From Eledone cirrhosa (lineage: Eukaryota): DNA of 64,000 nucleotides. The notes below the pieces were generated by a model, which was not told where the DNA came from, did no database searches, and worked only from the letters and a program-made list of their open reading frames with translations. A program made the translations under genes and the position numbers. The stretch spans positions 1,054,001-1,118,000 of the forward strand of contig OZ024743.1 of assembly GCA_964016885.1 (NCBI GenBank), read 5' to 3'. Position 1 is the first letter of the stretch. Each line of letters starts with the position of its first letter. Shown one piece after another: positions 13,023 to 26,023 of this stretch.

Positions 13023-13068
<46 letters not shown>

Positions 13069-13161
13069 GATACATACACTAATTTACACGTATATGTGTG
13101 GGCATAGATATAAAAACCTTCCAGGCATGCACACGTTTCTCGTATATATATATGTATATAC

Positions 13162-13290
<129 letters not shown>

Positions 13291-13503
13291 TATATATATA
13301 TATATTCGACGGTTAATTCTGGACTAAAAAAAATTTTTTTAGTCCAGAATTAGCCGTCGAAACGGCTTGAGCTCAGCTGTCGGGGTCTTACTGGTTCCTA
13401 TTACCCACTCTACTACCTCAAGTATTGAGTACTTTGGTGCGTTATGGTTCACCTGGTTCCTTACCACATTTCCTTCGTTATATATATATATATATATGTA
13501 TAT

Positions 13504-13551
<48 letters not shown>

Positions 13552-13557
13552 GTATAT

Positions 13558-13631
<74 letters not shown>

Positions 13632-13640
13632 GTATATTAC

Positions 13641-13691
<51 letters not shown>

Positions 13692-14179
13692 ATACTCAAT
13701 GTATGAGTCCTTGAACTGTGGACAAGCACCAGCACTGCCTTCTATGATATAGCTGATTACATAAGGCCAGATAAAATGAGCTGTATTAATTGTATTAACC
13801 GCGTGTAATACTATATACCCTTCACCATATCGTACAGTTAAAACACTAACACTATAGACACCAGCAGACAGTGTTATCTGAAACACTAAAATCGTCGACG
13901 GTAAATTTCCGTTCAAAAGTTTTCTGTGATTGATATATATACGAAATATTGGGGAGTAGCCTTTTCATAATCAATGCAAGCATTGTACGCGAACCGCAAC
14001 TGCCATTTAGTGACCCCTTAAATATCAATGTTGTTGTGGGACAGCGTCGGGACAAGTGCAATCATGCCAGGGCACATACAGAGAGAACGCGGAAGCTGGG
14101 ATTACTGAAAGAAAGATAACAAGAAAAAGAAATTGAAGATTATTTATATGTATGTACATATGTATGCATGTATGTATGA

Positions 14180-14223
<44 letters not shown>

Positions 14224-14344
14224 ATCTTCAAAGCTTTGAGATTGTTGTTTAAGGCATCCTTAAACTGCTTCTTTGGTATATGCAGTGGTCTTTCTCCTCA
14301 ATCCCGACATATATGTACATAAACAATATATGTATATATGTATA

Positions 14345-14374
<30 letters not shown>

Positions 14375-14376
<2 letters not shown>

Positions 14377-14721
14377 ATGTAGGAGGTGAGTTTTAATGTA
14401 GTACAATAAAGCAATGCAGATATCGGATAAGAAGCACTCTACAGTTTGTAGGACTGGAGTATACATAATATAAGATCAAAAGATGGTTAAAGGAAAAGAC
14501 CATCAAAAGGTATCCAATATTTCTTTTAACCATCTTTTGATCTTATATTATGTATACTCCAGTCCTACAAACTGTAGAGTGCTTCTTATCCGATATCTGC
14601 ATTGCTTTATTGTACTACAATAAAACTCACCTCCTACATTAACTTGCTCCTTAACGGTTGAGCGCTTACTCTCATATTGGATACCTTTTGATGGTCTTTT
14701 CCTTTAACCATCTTTTGATCT

Positions 14722-14730
<9 letters not shown>
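14375..14730. repeat. Fold-back plus direct repeat (~117-bp inverted arms) embedded in (AT)n
   Basis: 14375-14491 is the reverse complement of 14525-14641; 14674-14730 is the reverse complement of 14465-14520. Confidence 0.9.
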
Positions 14731-14755
<25 letters not shown>

Positions 14756-14763
<8 letters not shown>

Positions 14764-14992
14764 TGCCTCCTCGTTATCGAGTATGGCCAGTGCACGATAT
14801 ACCATATTAATAACTATTAATTAATTCTATCGTGCAATGCCTATGCGTAAAGATATTTTTTAAAGTGGGGAAAGACTGCACTGAGCCAATCCCACTCTCT
14901 GAGCGACAGTAGCTATAACCCGAATAGAAGAAAAGATTAACATCATCGGTAACTACTGAGCCGCAGGTTTTATATCGGAGTTATCCCAGCTT
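14756..14992 (-). mobile_element. Bipartite RTE derivative (same family as 8138-8495)
   Basis: Reverse complement of 8155-8400. Confidence 0.8.
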
Positions 14993-15020
14993 CCTGTGCG
15001 TGCGTGCGTGCATGCGTGCA

Positions 15021-15062
<42 letters not shown>

Positions 15063-15067
15063 TGTGT

Positions 15068-15139
<72 letters not shown>

Positions 15140-15143
15140 GTGT

Positions 15144-15186
<43 letters not shown>

Positions 15187-15490
15187 TGTGTGTGTTTGTG
15201 TGTGTGTGTAGTATAATCCTGAGTGCGGCTCCTGTGAGAGGAAAGAGCTTAGTGCCTCGATGGGATAATACCTATTTCTATTCCCACATTCTGCATCTCC
15301 CATTGGATTGAAAACTCTCATGAACCGATACAACTTGGCATCATTTCTACTAATTTCTACAGCTGAGTGAACTGGAGCAAAGTGAAATAAAGTGTCTTGC
15401 TCAAAACACAACGCAAATCTCGGTCCCAGAATCAAACTCACAACCCCATGATTACAAGCCCGACGCTATAACCACTAAGCAATGCGCCTT

Positions 15491-15538
<48 letters not shown>

Positions 15539-15742
15539 GTATTAGTTATACTATTTATGGTTATGTAAATCCAAAACCTTATGCAGTTATTAGTATTTTA
15601 CACACACCCTAAATAGTGGTAGGCAGTAATGTATTACTACCTTATTACCAGTAAGTTAAGTAGCTCAATGTAAAAACATCAGATGATTTACAGAGCAGTT
15701 ATATGAAATATAAGAATCAAAGAACTGTTCAAAACATTATTG

Positions 15743-15789
15743 TGCTTACAGCTGTTTCCTCCAAACCGAGGTTTGGATTCTTCGGAGCA
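15743..15789 (-). ncRNA. Minimal type I hammerhead ribozyme, CCGAAGA core variant
   Basis: UGCU-CCGAAGA-A-UCCAAACC uc GGUUUGGA-G-GAAAC-AGCU-GUA/AGCA. Confidence 0.65.
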
Positions 15790-16568
<779 letters not shown>

Positions 16569-16721
16569 TGTGTGTGTATAATGAGAGAGTGAAAGAAATA
16601 GATACAGAGATAATAGACTTTGTTGTTGTTGTTCCTGCCCGGGGGCTGTTTTGCCCACAAACCTGTTTTTTGTTCCTGATTTAATGAGACAGAAAAAGAG
16701 CGCGTGAGTTAAGTAATATAA

Positions 16722-17257
16722 GATTGTATGTAGGGTTGTATGTAGGATTGTATGTAGGGTTGTATGTAGGGTTGTATGTAGGATTGTATGTAGGGTTGTA
16801 TGTAGGGTTGTATGTAGGGTTGTATGTAGGGTTGTATGTAGGGTTGTATGTAGGGTTGTATGTAGGGTTGTATGTAGGGTTGTATGTAGGGTTGTATGTA
16901 GGGTTGTATGTAGGATTGTATGTAGGATTGTATGTAGGGTTGTATGTAGGGTTGTATGTAGGGTTGTATGTAGGATTGTATGTAGGATTGTATGTAGGGT
17001 TGTATGTAGGGTTGTATGTAGGGTTGTATGTAGGGTTGTATGTAGGGTTGTATGTAGGGTTGTATGTAGGGTTGTATGTAGGGTTGTATGTAGGGTTGTA
17101 TATAGGGTTGTATGTAGGGTTGTATGTAGGGTTGTATGTAGGGTTGTATGTAGGGTTGTATGTAGGATTGTATATAGGGTTGTATGTAGGGTTGTATATA
17201 GGGTTGTATGTAGGGTTGTATGTAGGGTTGTATGTAGGGTTGTATGTAGGGTTGTAT
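16722..17257 (+). repeat. 12-bp G-rich tandem repeat (GGGTTGTATGTA)n, ~45 copies
   Basis: Directly visible; variants GGATTG and TATATA. Confidence 0.97.
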
Positions 17258-17639
17258 GCGCAAACCAGTATGACACTAAAAACCGGTTTGTCTGTGTGTT
17301 TACATACAGAATAGCTGGGTGCTCACAGTAAAGCAACCAGTGAAAGACTTGTTACATATACATATGTATACGTGTGTGTATTCATATAGACACTAGTATT
17401 TCAGTATGCATATGTAGATGTAATTTTTTTAACTTAATTGTTTAAGCGTCAGTCATACAAAAGTGAGTTACAAACGAAACGAAATTTAATTTCGTTTCGT
17501 TATTTGTTTTTATCGTCTCCGCTGAACCGGTGCGTACTCACACTCTATGCAAATTAGTCTGCCCACTACTAATTTTCATAGAAAAAGCATATAACGATAT
17601 GTGCTTTTACAATTCTCCAGAAGGGCCGGTAGATAGGTA

Positions 17640-17684
17640 AATATTGCTGATGAATTGTAACAACAACGAAACTAGTTCAATATT
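17640..17684 (+). ncRNA. Type I hammerhead ribozyme (unit 1), predicted cleavage after 17677
   Basis: AAUAUUG-CUGAUGA-A-UUGU aaca ACAA-C-GAAAC-UA-GUU/CAAUAUU; 7-bp stem I extendable to 17612-17707. Confidence 0.88.
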
Positions 17685-18106
17685 CCTTGTCTGGCTTTCT
17701 GGAGAATAGAGGGAAGGTGTTCCCTCAAAAACCAGTATGACTCTAAAAACCGGTTTGTCTGTGTGTTTACATACAGAATAGCTGGGTGCTCACAGTAAAG
17801 CAACCAGTGAAAGACTTGTTACATATACATATGTATACGTGTGTGTATTCATATACACACTAGTATTTCAGTATGCATATGTAGATGTAATTTTTTTAAC
17901 TTAATTGTTTAAGCGTCAGTCATACAAAAGTGAGTTACAAACGAAACGAAATTTAATTTCGTTTCGTTATTTGTTTTTATCGTCTCCGCTGAACCGGTGC
18001 GTACTCACACTCTATGCAAATTAGTCTGCCCACTACTAATTTTCATAGAAAAAGCATATAACGATATGTGCTTTTACAATTCTCCAGAAGGGCCGGTAGA
18101 TAGGTA

Positions 18107-18151
18107 AATATTGCTGATGAATTGTAACAACAACGAAACTAGTTCAATATT
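18107..18151 (+). ncRNA. Type I hammerhead ribozyme (unit 2), predicted cleavage after 18144
   Basis: Identical to 17640-17684, shifted by 467 bp. Confidence 0.88.
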
Positions 18152-18364
18152 CCTTGTCTGGCTTTCTGGAGAATAGAGGGAAGGTGTTCCCTCAAAAACC
18201 AGTATGACTCTAAAAACCGGTTTGTCTGTGTGTTACATATCTGGGTGCTCACAGTAAAGCAACCAGTGAAAGACTTGTTACATATACATATGTATACGTG
18301 TGTGTATTCATATACACACTAGTATTTCAGTATGCATATGTAGATCTAATTTTTTTTTAACTTA

Positions 18365-18420
<56 letters not shown>

Positions 18421-18423
18421 CTT

Positions 18424-18495
<72 letters not shown>

Positions 18496-18536
18496 AAGTA
18501 TAAATATATATTATATTTGTAAGTATATATATGTAA

Positions 18537-18599
<63 letters not shown>

Positions 18600-18655
18600 T
18601 GCGCTGAGATACAACCGGTACTGGCATTGATAAATATTCTGGGTCAGTCAACCCT

Positions 18656-18714
<59 letters not shown>

Positions 18715-19073
18715 AGTATATATCGATTTTCAGCTTGGCGAACTCTGCGCCAATAATGAAATATTTTGCAGCTAACAAATGACAGTCAGTGACAGTAAAA
18801 TACTTATAAATGTGTAAATTAACGTACAATTGAGTAATGTAATTTTTATATTGTCTCAGCCTATCAAGAGTCAGTGAAATTGTATATATTACTTCTTAGA
18901 TCCATACTTTGACTATGTTCGGTGTAGACCAGGCAATGATTCTTATCTAAACCTTCTCACACCGTCGATCACCTCTACTGAAATTTCAAAGAAAGCTCAC
19001 ACGAAAAAAACTATGAACGTATGTAAATAAACAATTATATGTATATATGCATGTCTATCTATCTATCTCTCTA

Positions 19074-19158
<85 letters not shown>

Positions 19159-20084
19159 ATTGTTTCGTCCTGTTCTTTTATCAACAGACAGCGCTTTCGC
19201 TTGTGTCAACTACTGTAACCCCATTTGGACAAGCACAACCCTCGGTAAGAGTCGGAGCTGTTAGAGGTCTATCTCGACAGCTGAAGGCCTTGGAATTCTG
19301 TCTTTCGTATGTCTTGTTTTTTTTTTAAAAAAAAAGGATTTTAAGGTTTCCTCTTCAAAGATTGTTTTCGTATTTTTCGTTTTGCCTTGCTTTCATTCGT
19401 TGTCTTCGCTTTGTTAATTTTCCTAAATTATATATATATATATTTACATATATATGTGTGTGGCTGTCTGTCTATCTGTCTGTATTTATAATAGGAATTT
19501 ATCTTCCTAATGTTTACCTGAGCGGACCATGAATCGATTAATCTGGAATGGCTCGAAATGTTTGTCTTGTATGGCAATTATTTATTCAGATCTGAAAGGA
19601 CTTTGTACATAATCCGAAGATAATATGAAAACATCTGAGACAAAATAACAATAAATATCCAGGGATTATTCATTTTGCTAACCATCGCCACTTTCTACCA
19701 CACCTGGTAACATATGGTACTAAATATGTAACGACACATGTTTACAGCTATCGCTGTTCTTGCGGATCAATTGGGGTTTCATCAGCTGATATGATTATTT
19801 CGCCAGACACATACATTTAGCAGCTACCTGTATCAGGTAAATATTTAGAATTTCCAACACTTGAAAAGCGTCGAGCCTCCGTATTTGACTAACTAAGTGA
19901 ATTAGAAGTGTGTAAAATAGAAAGTTAAGCGTAGTCCGCCTTGCCCGAGAGAAACACGAGTCGTTAATCTAGAATGACCCGATACGAGACCACTAGTTTT
20001 TTTGAAATTATGTTCACTTAAAAACAGTTTTTGAATAATTAAAATATACACAGACATGTATATAATGTAAAATGGAATTAGAAG

Positions 20085-20146
<62 letters not shown>

Positions 20147-20169
20147 CGAAACATAAGTCACTTACATAA

Positions 20170-20228
20170 ACTCATAATCCTATTTCGATGATAGCCATTG
20201 AATGGCTATGACCTCATCAGGCAGTTAG
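20170..20228 (-). ncRNA. Degenerate hammerhead
   Basis: CUGAUGA, long stem II (AUAGCCA uucaa UGGCUAU), GAAAU; cleavage triplet and stem I damaged. Confidence 0.35.
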
Positions 20229-20446
20229 TCAGTTCTTAGATATGCCAGCTTTGTGTTTATGGTGTTGGCGGTATCAAAGCCTTGGGACATATGACCTTGT
20301 TAGGAATATTTTAATGTTCTCAGCATGAATAATCTTAATTCTCATTGGTCAGTTTGTAGATGCTAGTAGCGTTGGTATTTGACCTCAAAGAGGCAGGTGG
20401 TGTTGTAAAGTTCAAACCGTCATATATATATGTGTGTGTGTGTGTA

Positions 20447-20486
<40 letters not shown>

Positions 20487-20717
20487 TCACAGACACCCAC
20501 ATATATATATATATGTGGGTGACTGTGACCTATATACACAGGTAACAGACACACACCCACAAATAGACACACACAAACTCACACACACACACACTATATA
20601 TATATATATATATATATACATACACACACACTTAGAAACCCTTCCTATTTAGTAGGACACAATAATGCTGTATTCGATCCTTTGAAGTCACCGGTTATAA
20701 TTTCATTCAACACCAAC

Positions 20718-20814
<97 letters not shown>

Positions 20815-21193
20815 ATACTCTCTCTCTCTTTCTTTCTCTCTCTCTCTCTCACTCTCTTTCTCTCTCTCCTCCCCTCTCTATCTCTCTCTCTCTTCCTCTC
20901 TCTCTCTCTCTCTATGGCTCTCTATCAATCTACTCTCTCACAACCACTATCTCTCTCTCTATTCATAAAGGTAGCCGAAAAAACCCGTATCTCGGCAACC
21001 TGTGCTCTGATTTACGCGAAACTTGTTTTATATCATTTGTATTCCCAGGGGCAACTTCAATCACAGAGTTTTGGTAGTAATATATATATATATGCTAATC
21101 TGGATGATCAGTGGATCTGCTAATATGCATATCAGGCCGATCAGTCACTGTGTATTTTTGAAAATAGCATATATTTTCACTTGCTCTGACAGT

Positions 21194-21273
21194 TTGGCAG
21201 GTGAACAGTGAGCTGTACTGATGAAGGGTGATACCCAGAAACATTAGTGTCTGCAGTTCTGTTCACATGCCAA
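21194..21273 (+). ncRNA. Type I hammerhead ribozyme with long stem I, predicted cleavage after 21251
   Basis: UUGGCA.GUGAACAG.ug.AGCUGUA-CUGAUGA-A-GGGU gau ACCC-A-GAAAC-AUUAGU-GUC/UGCAGUU.CUGUUCAC.a.UGCCAA. Confidence 0.85.
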
Positions 21274-21374
21274 CACAAGAGCAAGAATGAAGGGTTCATT
21301 CTACTGACATGGCTATAAAATTGAGGCGTGTTTGCATAATTGCAAACGAATCGAATGTTATTATTAATATTCGA

Positions 21375-21666
21375 AAAACTCAGATTACATTTATATATAT
21401 ATATATCCAAAATTAAATTAAGGGTGTCATGTCCGAGAGACATGCGCCATATCCACTGTAGAATATGCTCAAAGATTCCAGTGAATAGATCCGAGCATTT
21501 TATATGAACTAGAAATTGATTGATATATATATTTATCTAAAATAAACATATGAAACAATCACAGGGAATAATTTGCAAAGTGTGTAAGCACACACAGCTA
21601 GGTAGCTTACACACTTTACAAATGATTCCCTGTGATTGTTTCATGTGTTTATTTTAGATATATATA
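21375..21666. repeat. Interspersed repeat (relative at ~27300-27490) ending in a ~60-bp-arm fold-back
   Basis: 21524-21589 is inverted at 21604-21666; catgcgccatatc..aaagattcca..atccgagcattt..acagggaataatttg shared with 27343-27480. Confidence 0.7.
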
Positions 21667-21680
21667 TATTTATATACATA

Positions 21681-22478
21681 CTAGCATTAAAACCCTGCGT
21701 TGCTCGGGGTCAGTAAGTTATCAAAGTTAGGTTTCACCACCCATTTTATGGCAGCACTTTTTTGTCAGCCAGGCACTGTGTTAGCTGCTGTTTCTAGCAG
21801 GTTTAGTGACTTCATAGAGGATATGTTTTCTAAATTTAAGACAGTAGGGAGGGGTGTGATATGGGGGGAGAGTTAGCTGCTGTTTCTAGCAGGTTTAGTG
21901 ACCTCATAGAGGATATTATTGTGTATAGTAAATGAAATGATACTTCTTTCTTCCACGTTCGTTGAGAGATGTTTTAAAAAAGATTTATCGCTATTTTTTT
22001 TGTTGTTGAATAAATTTTTCTGTTGCTTTTGAATAATTGTTGTTTCGTATGAAATGTAATAAGTTCTCTTTGTCATTGAAGTAAATAAATGTTTGACCGT
22101 TTCACACTCAAAAACAAACGTTCTCTCTCTCTCTCTCTTCTCTCTCTCTTCTTTCTTCGACGTTCTTAAAGGAAGTTTCTAAGTTTAAGCGTATATAAGA
22201 GAAAGTTGCAGCATGTATGTAGTTTTATCGAAATTTAAGGGGAGTAGAGAGAGGTAATCAGATTGTATTAGAGGGGTAAAGCGTCATGTATTTAGTTTTA
22301 TCGATTATTTCCGTAATTGTGGGTGAGTTTGAATGAAATAAATAGTCGTTGATCTAAGTTAAACCATTTACAACCTTCTTACAGACCATGAGTCGAATCG
22401 GTTTGAAATTGTGCAAATGTGTAAACATGGAACATGTACACACACAACAACAACAATCTGCCTTTTATGGATAATGAT
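21681..22478 (-). mobile_element. Non-autonomous Helitron-like element
   Basis: 3' CTAG at 21681 preceded on the minus strand by a GC hairpin (ccctgcgttgctcgggg); 5' end approximate. Confidence 0.55.
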
Positions 22479-22684
22479 ACAATGGATATTGTTAATTACT
22501 CAAAAACAATGAATGATGACCAAGTAAATGACTTTGATATGGCTGTAGAGTCCAATATTCGGAAAATTGACAGTGAATTTGAAGATTTACCAGTGATGAC
22601 TTAGTTAATGTATTTGTATAAAACTTCAAAGATCCTGTCAACAAAATGTATTATTGTATTATTGCTGTCATTGTTTTGGTGGTG

Positions 22685-22772
<88 letters not shown>

Positions 22773-23978
22773 AACATACGTATATACATAAATATACTTA
22801 TGTACATACCAACACACATACACATACAATCAAACATACATCCGTGCACCTCTAAATACATACTTGTTTACCCGTCTTATCAGGTATGTCATCGCTATAT
22901 AAATGCCATCTGGAAAGAGTTGTTTTGTTTAACACTAAATGATCTTTTTGAACTTATATTTTTCTTTCTCACCCCCAATGACACATACACTTAAAATATG
23001 CTGCCAGCTGTTCTTGTTTTTTACTAACTGAGCAGTATTCACCCCATACGCAGACAAACACACATCATATATATATACTGATCTCTTTTATCTCACATTT
23101 ACTGTTGTAATCCTGTTTTACCTTTGTTTTGTTTTTTAGCTGTTTTTCTTATGGACGTATATTGTTTATCGGTTTATCTTTTATTTTAATTTTATTTTTT
23201 CATCTTGTTTGTATCTTATTTATTCCTGATAGCCTCACGTTGCATTCGTCTATACGTGTTGCTATGTGTTATTGTGTTTAATTGTTAAATTTCACCTTTC
23301 CTGCTTTATCTTTTGTATCATTTGAATATTTTTAGTCTTTTGAGTGTGGGAAACAGGTTCGGTTTTAACTGCCAAATCGATATTCGACCTGATTTTGTTT
23401 TACAATCAGAAATGTCGAAGATTCGTTCTGAGCCTGGTAACTGCGTACTATTGTATTCGTGTTTAATCCATGATCACTCGAATACACCCAGTATACTTAG
23501 CTATAAATCGAAGGTTCTACATTGCAGGTGCATTACATATTCAACACATGATGTATTGACTTTTAGTCTGGTTCAAGGTGAAACCGTCCAATATATATAT
23601 ACATTTTAAAACCGTTCTATTCAATGTAAAGCTGCATACTCTATAATAATTTACTGTTCTGATTTTCTCCAAAACGGCCTGTGTCTCCATCCCGCACAGA
23701 GGTTCAATACTTTGAGCGGATTGTCTGTTGCAAGTCGTTTAACACAAGCGTACCGTGTATAGTGACATTAATGGTGCCAGCCCTAATCTTCATAGCAAGC
23801 TCTTAATTTCCATTTCATGATATGCAGGTAACTGAGATAAATTAATTGATGCAAGATATATACGTTATACAGATTGGGATATAGTGAAATCTAAAATTAT
23901 CACACAATTACATTCATTCCAGGAATTTATTGTACATTGCTGCTACTGCTGATTTTTTTTATCCCAAAGTCAAGACTG

Positions 23979-24158
23979 ATGATGCAAGCATATGTTATCC
24001 ATGTGTTCTTTCTTTTATTAAATTTGGCAGGCACATATGCAGACCTGCCAACCTCTAAAGACCCAAACGGAGAGTACCATGAAAAAATGATGATTTTACA
24101 TAATGAAAGCTCTACCCATTTTCACCAGAGAAGACGTCTCTCACTCTCTTTGGGGTGG
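23979..24158 (+). CDS. Candidate first coding exon of a secreted protein
   Basis: Acceptor ttccag at 23922, upstream donor cag/gtaact at 23828; MMQAYVIHVFFLLLNLAGTYA/D signal-peptide-like; RRR; donor TGG/GTGAGA at 24159. Confidence 0.35.
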
Positions 24159-24833
24159 GTGAGAGATCTCCCCGTCGGACGGGGAGAGATGACAGGTCTG
24201 TATATGATTGTTATTTCTTGAACGTGAAACGGCCGCGTAGGTAATCCTACATAGGTTTGGAATAGACTATAGCAATGATTGGATTTGTGAATTGCCACGG
24301 TGTTTAGACCCAGGTCAAATTTGCTCTCCGTGGCAACTTTACTTTTTTAGATTATCTAACGTGCCCTTTCCTTATGCATGACTGTGTCATCTTTTTCTTT
24401 AATTATAGTTCCATTCACATGTAGAATGCATTATAGGAATACATATCCACTTCAGTACTTGACTGACATTTTATCTACTTGAATATGAAAAGATATAAAC
24501 CAAAATTGAACAGGGCGGGATTTAAAAGTAAAACGTTGTAAATAACTGTTTCTATTGTTGGCACAAGGTCAGCAATTATCCCAGTGCATTACTGGTACTT
24601 TATTTCATAGAACCCGTAAGGCGAGTAAGCAATATGGTATGACACAAAATGTGATGCATATATTTCACACGGTCAAGAATATATATTAAATTTTAGCTTT
24701 AACTTCTTTAGCAGGCGCACAGTTACTAGCAAATGTAAAACGAAAGTTATCCATACGATAGGAACACGCATAATCTATTTGTTCAAAGTTACATTTGAAC
24801 TATACAGTCAACGTATCTCGTCTATAGTGAATA

Positions 24834-25424
24834 CTAGCAGTGGTACCCGGCGTTGCACGGGATAAGGTATTGTGAAACATATAACCGCCTTAGCCAAGCT
24901 TAGTATTGCCACAACCATGGCTGGCAAAGAAGTAAGGGTCTGGTGCTACGTAAGTAAGCAAAACTGTAGCTTAAAACGTGAGGAAGAAGTTGTGTGCACT
25001 TACCAACTGTCTGGGGAATGAGTGTGAGATTTGTCTTGAGCAAGGGTGGCAGAGTAACCGGAGGCAGCAGACAGCCAGACATACAGACAGATATTATAAG
25101 GGTGCGTTCTAGACGCAGAGCGAATTGTTGGAAGTGACGTAATGCAGACAGCCGGACATACAGACAGATATTATAAGGGCACGACGTTATATGTATGTAT
25201 CTATCTAAAAAGAGAAAGACTAAGAATTATAGAGAGAGATCGTTAAATCGCCTAATGCGGTCCCTAGGGCAATGAAAATTTGAAATTCCTTTTTGCTCAG
25301 AACACTTCCTGAAACAAGTATTACATGTGTAAAGATTGAAAACAGTCGGTTGGGTGTTTCTCTAGTTTTAGAGATTCAAACTCACACACAAACAGACAGA
25401 GATCGTCAGTTTTATATATATAGA
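24834..25424 (-). mobile_element. Non-autonomous Helitron
   Basis: Minus strand starts TCTATATATATAAAA and ends with hairpin cccgtgcaacgccggg followed by CTAG then T. Confidence 0.75.
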
Positions 25425-25614
25425 CAATGTTTGCCCATATGAACATGCAAATTCTGTACTCTTTTCACGAATAATCAGATTGTTTTTCAAACTAGATTGT
25501 CTACCAGAGTAAGCTGAACTAAGCCATGCATAAAATTTACTAATCTAATTCAGTTAGAGACGCAACGAAGGGTTATAGTCGATCAAAATCATAAGAAAAA
25601 TTATTTACAAGCCT

Positions 25615-25729
<115 letters not shown>

Positions 25730-25732
25730 ATG

Positions 25733-25765
<33 letters not shown>

Positions 25766-25881
25766 TATATATATATATTTATTAAAATAACAGATTAAAG
25801 TTTAAGCAAAGAATCGCTGCTTTCACCCTTAACGGGATCTTCTGAAACTAACAAAGTCAATCTGTAAACGCAGAACTGGAT

Positions 25882-25941
<60 letters not shown>

Positions 25942-26023
25942 AAAATTAACCATAAATAACAAAGCAAACGACACAGTACAATGAAGAAACATTAGTTTTA
26001 TGCTTGATATTGTAGGAAAAGTG

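Larger units (their letters stand above)
17262..18369 (+). mobile_element. 467-bp tandem array (~2.4 copies) with one hammerhead per full unit; non-LTR retrozyme or Penelope terminal-repeat candidate
   Basis: aaaccagtatgac recurs at 17262, 17729 and 18196; units nearly identical; no coding capacity. Confidence 0.85.

Noticed and set aside
19200-19295. ggacaagcac motif shared with ~13720, considered as a twister ribozyme
   Set aside because: P4 stem and pseudoknots could not be formed
19760-19795. Minus-strand CUGAUGA motifs (also ~39810, ~58605; plus ~27771)
   Set aside because: No properly placed GAAA, stem II or stem I
25808-25850. Hammerhead-like CAGAAGA-U-CCC guuaa GGG-U-GAAAG on the minus strand
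   Set aside because: Core mutated and stems I and III do not pair; at best a relic
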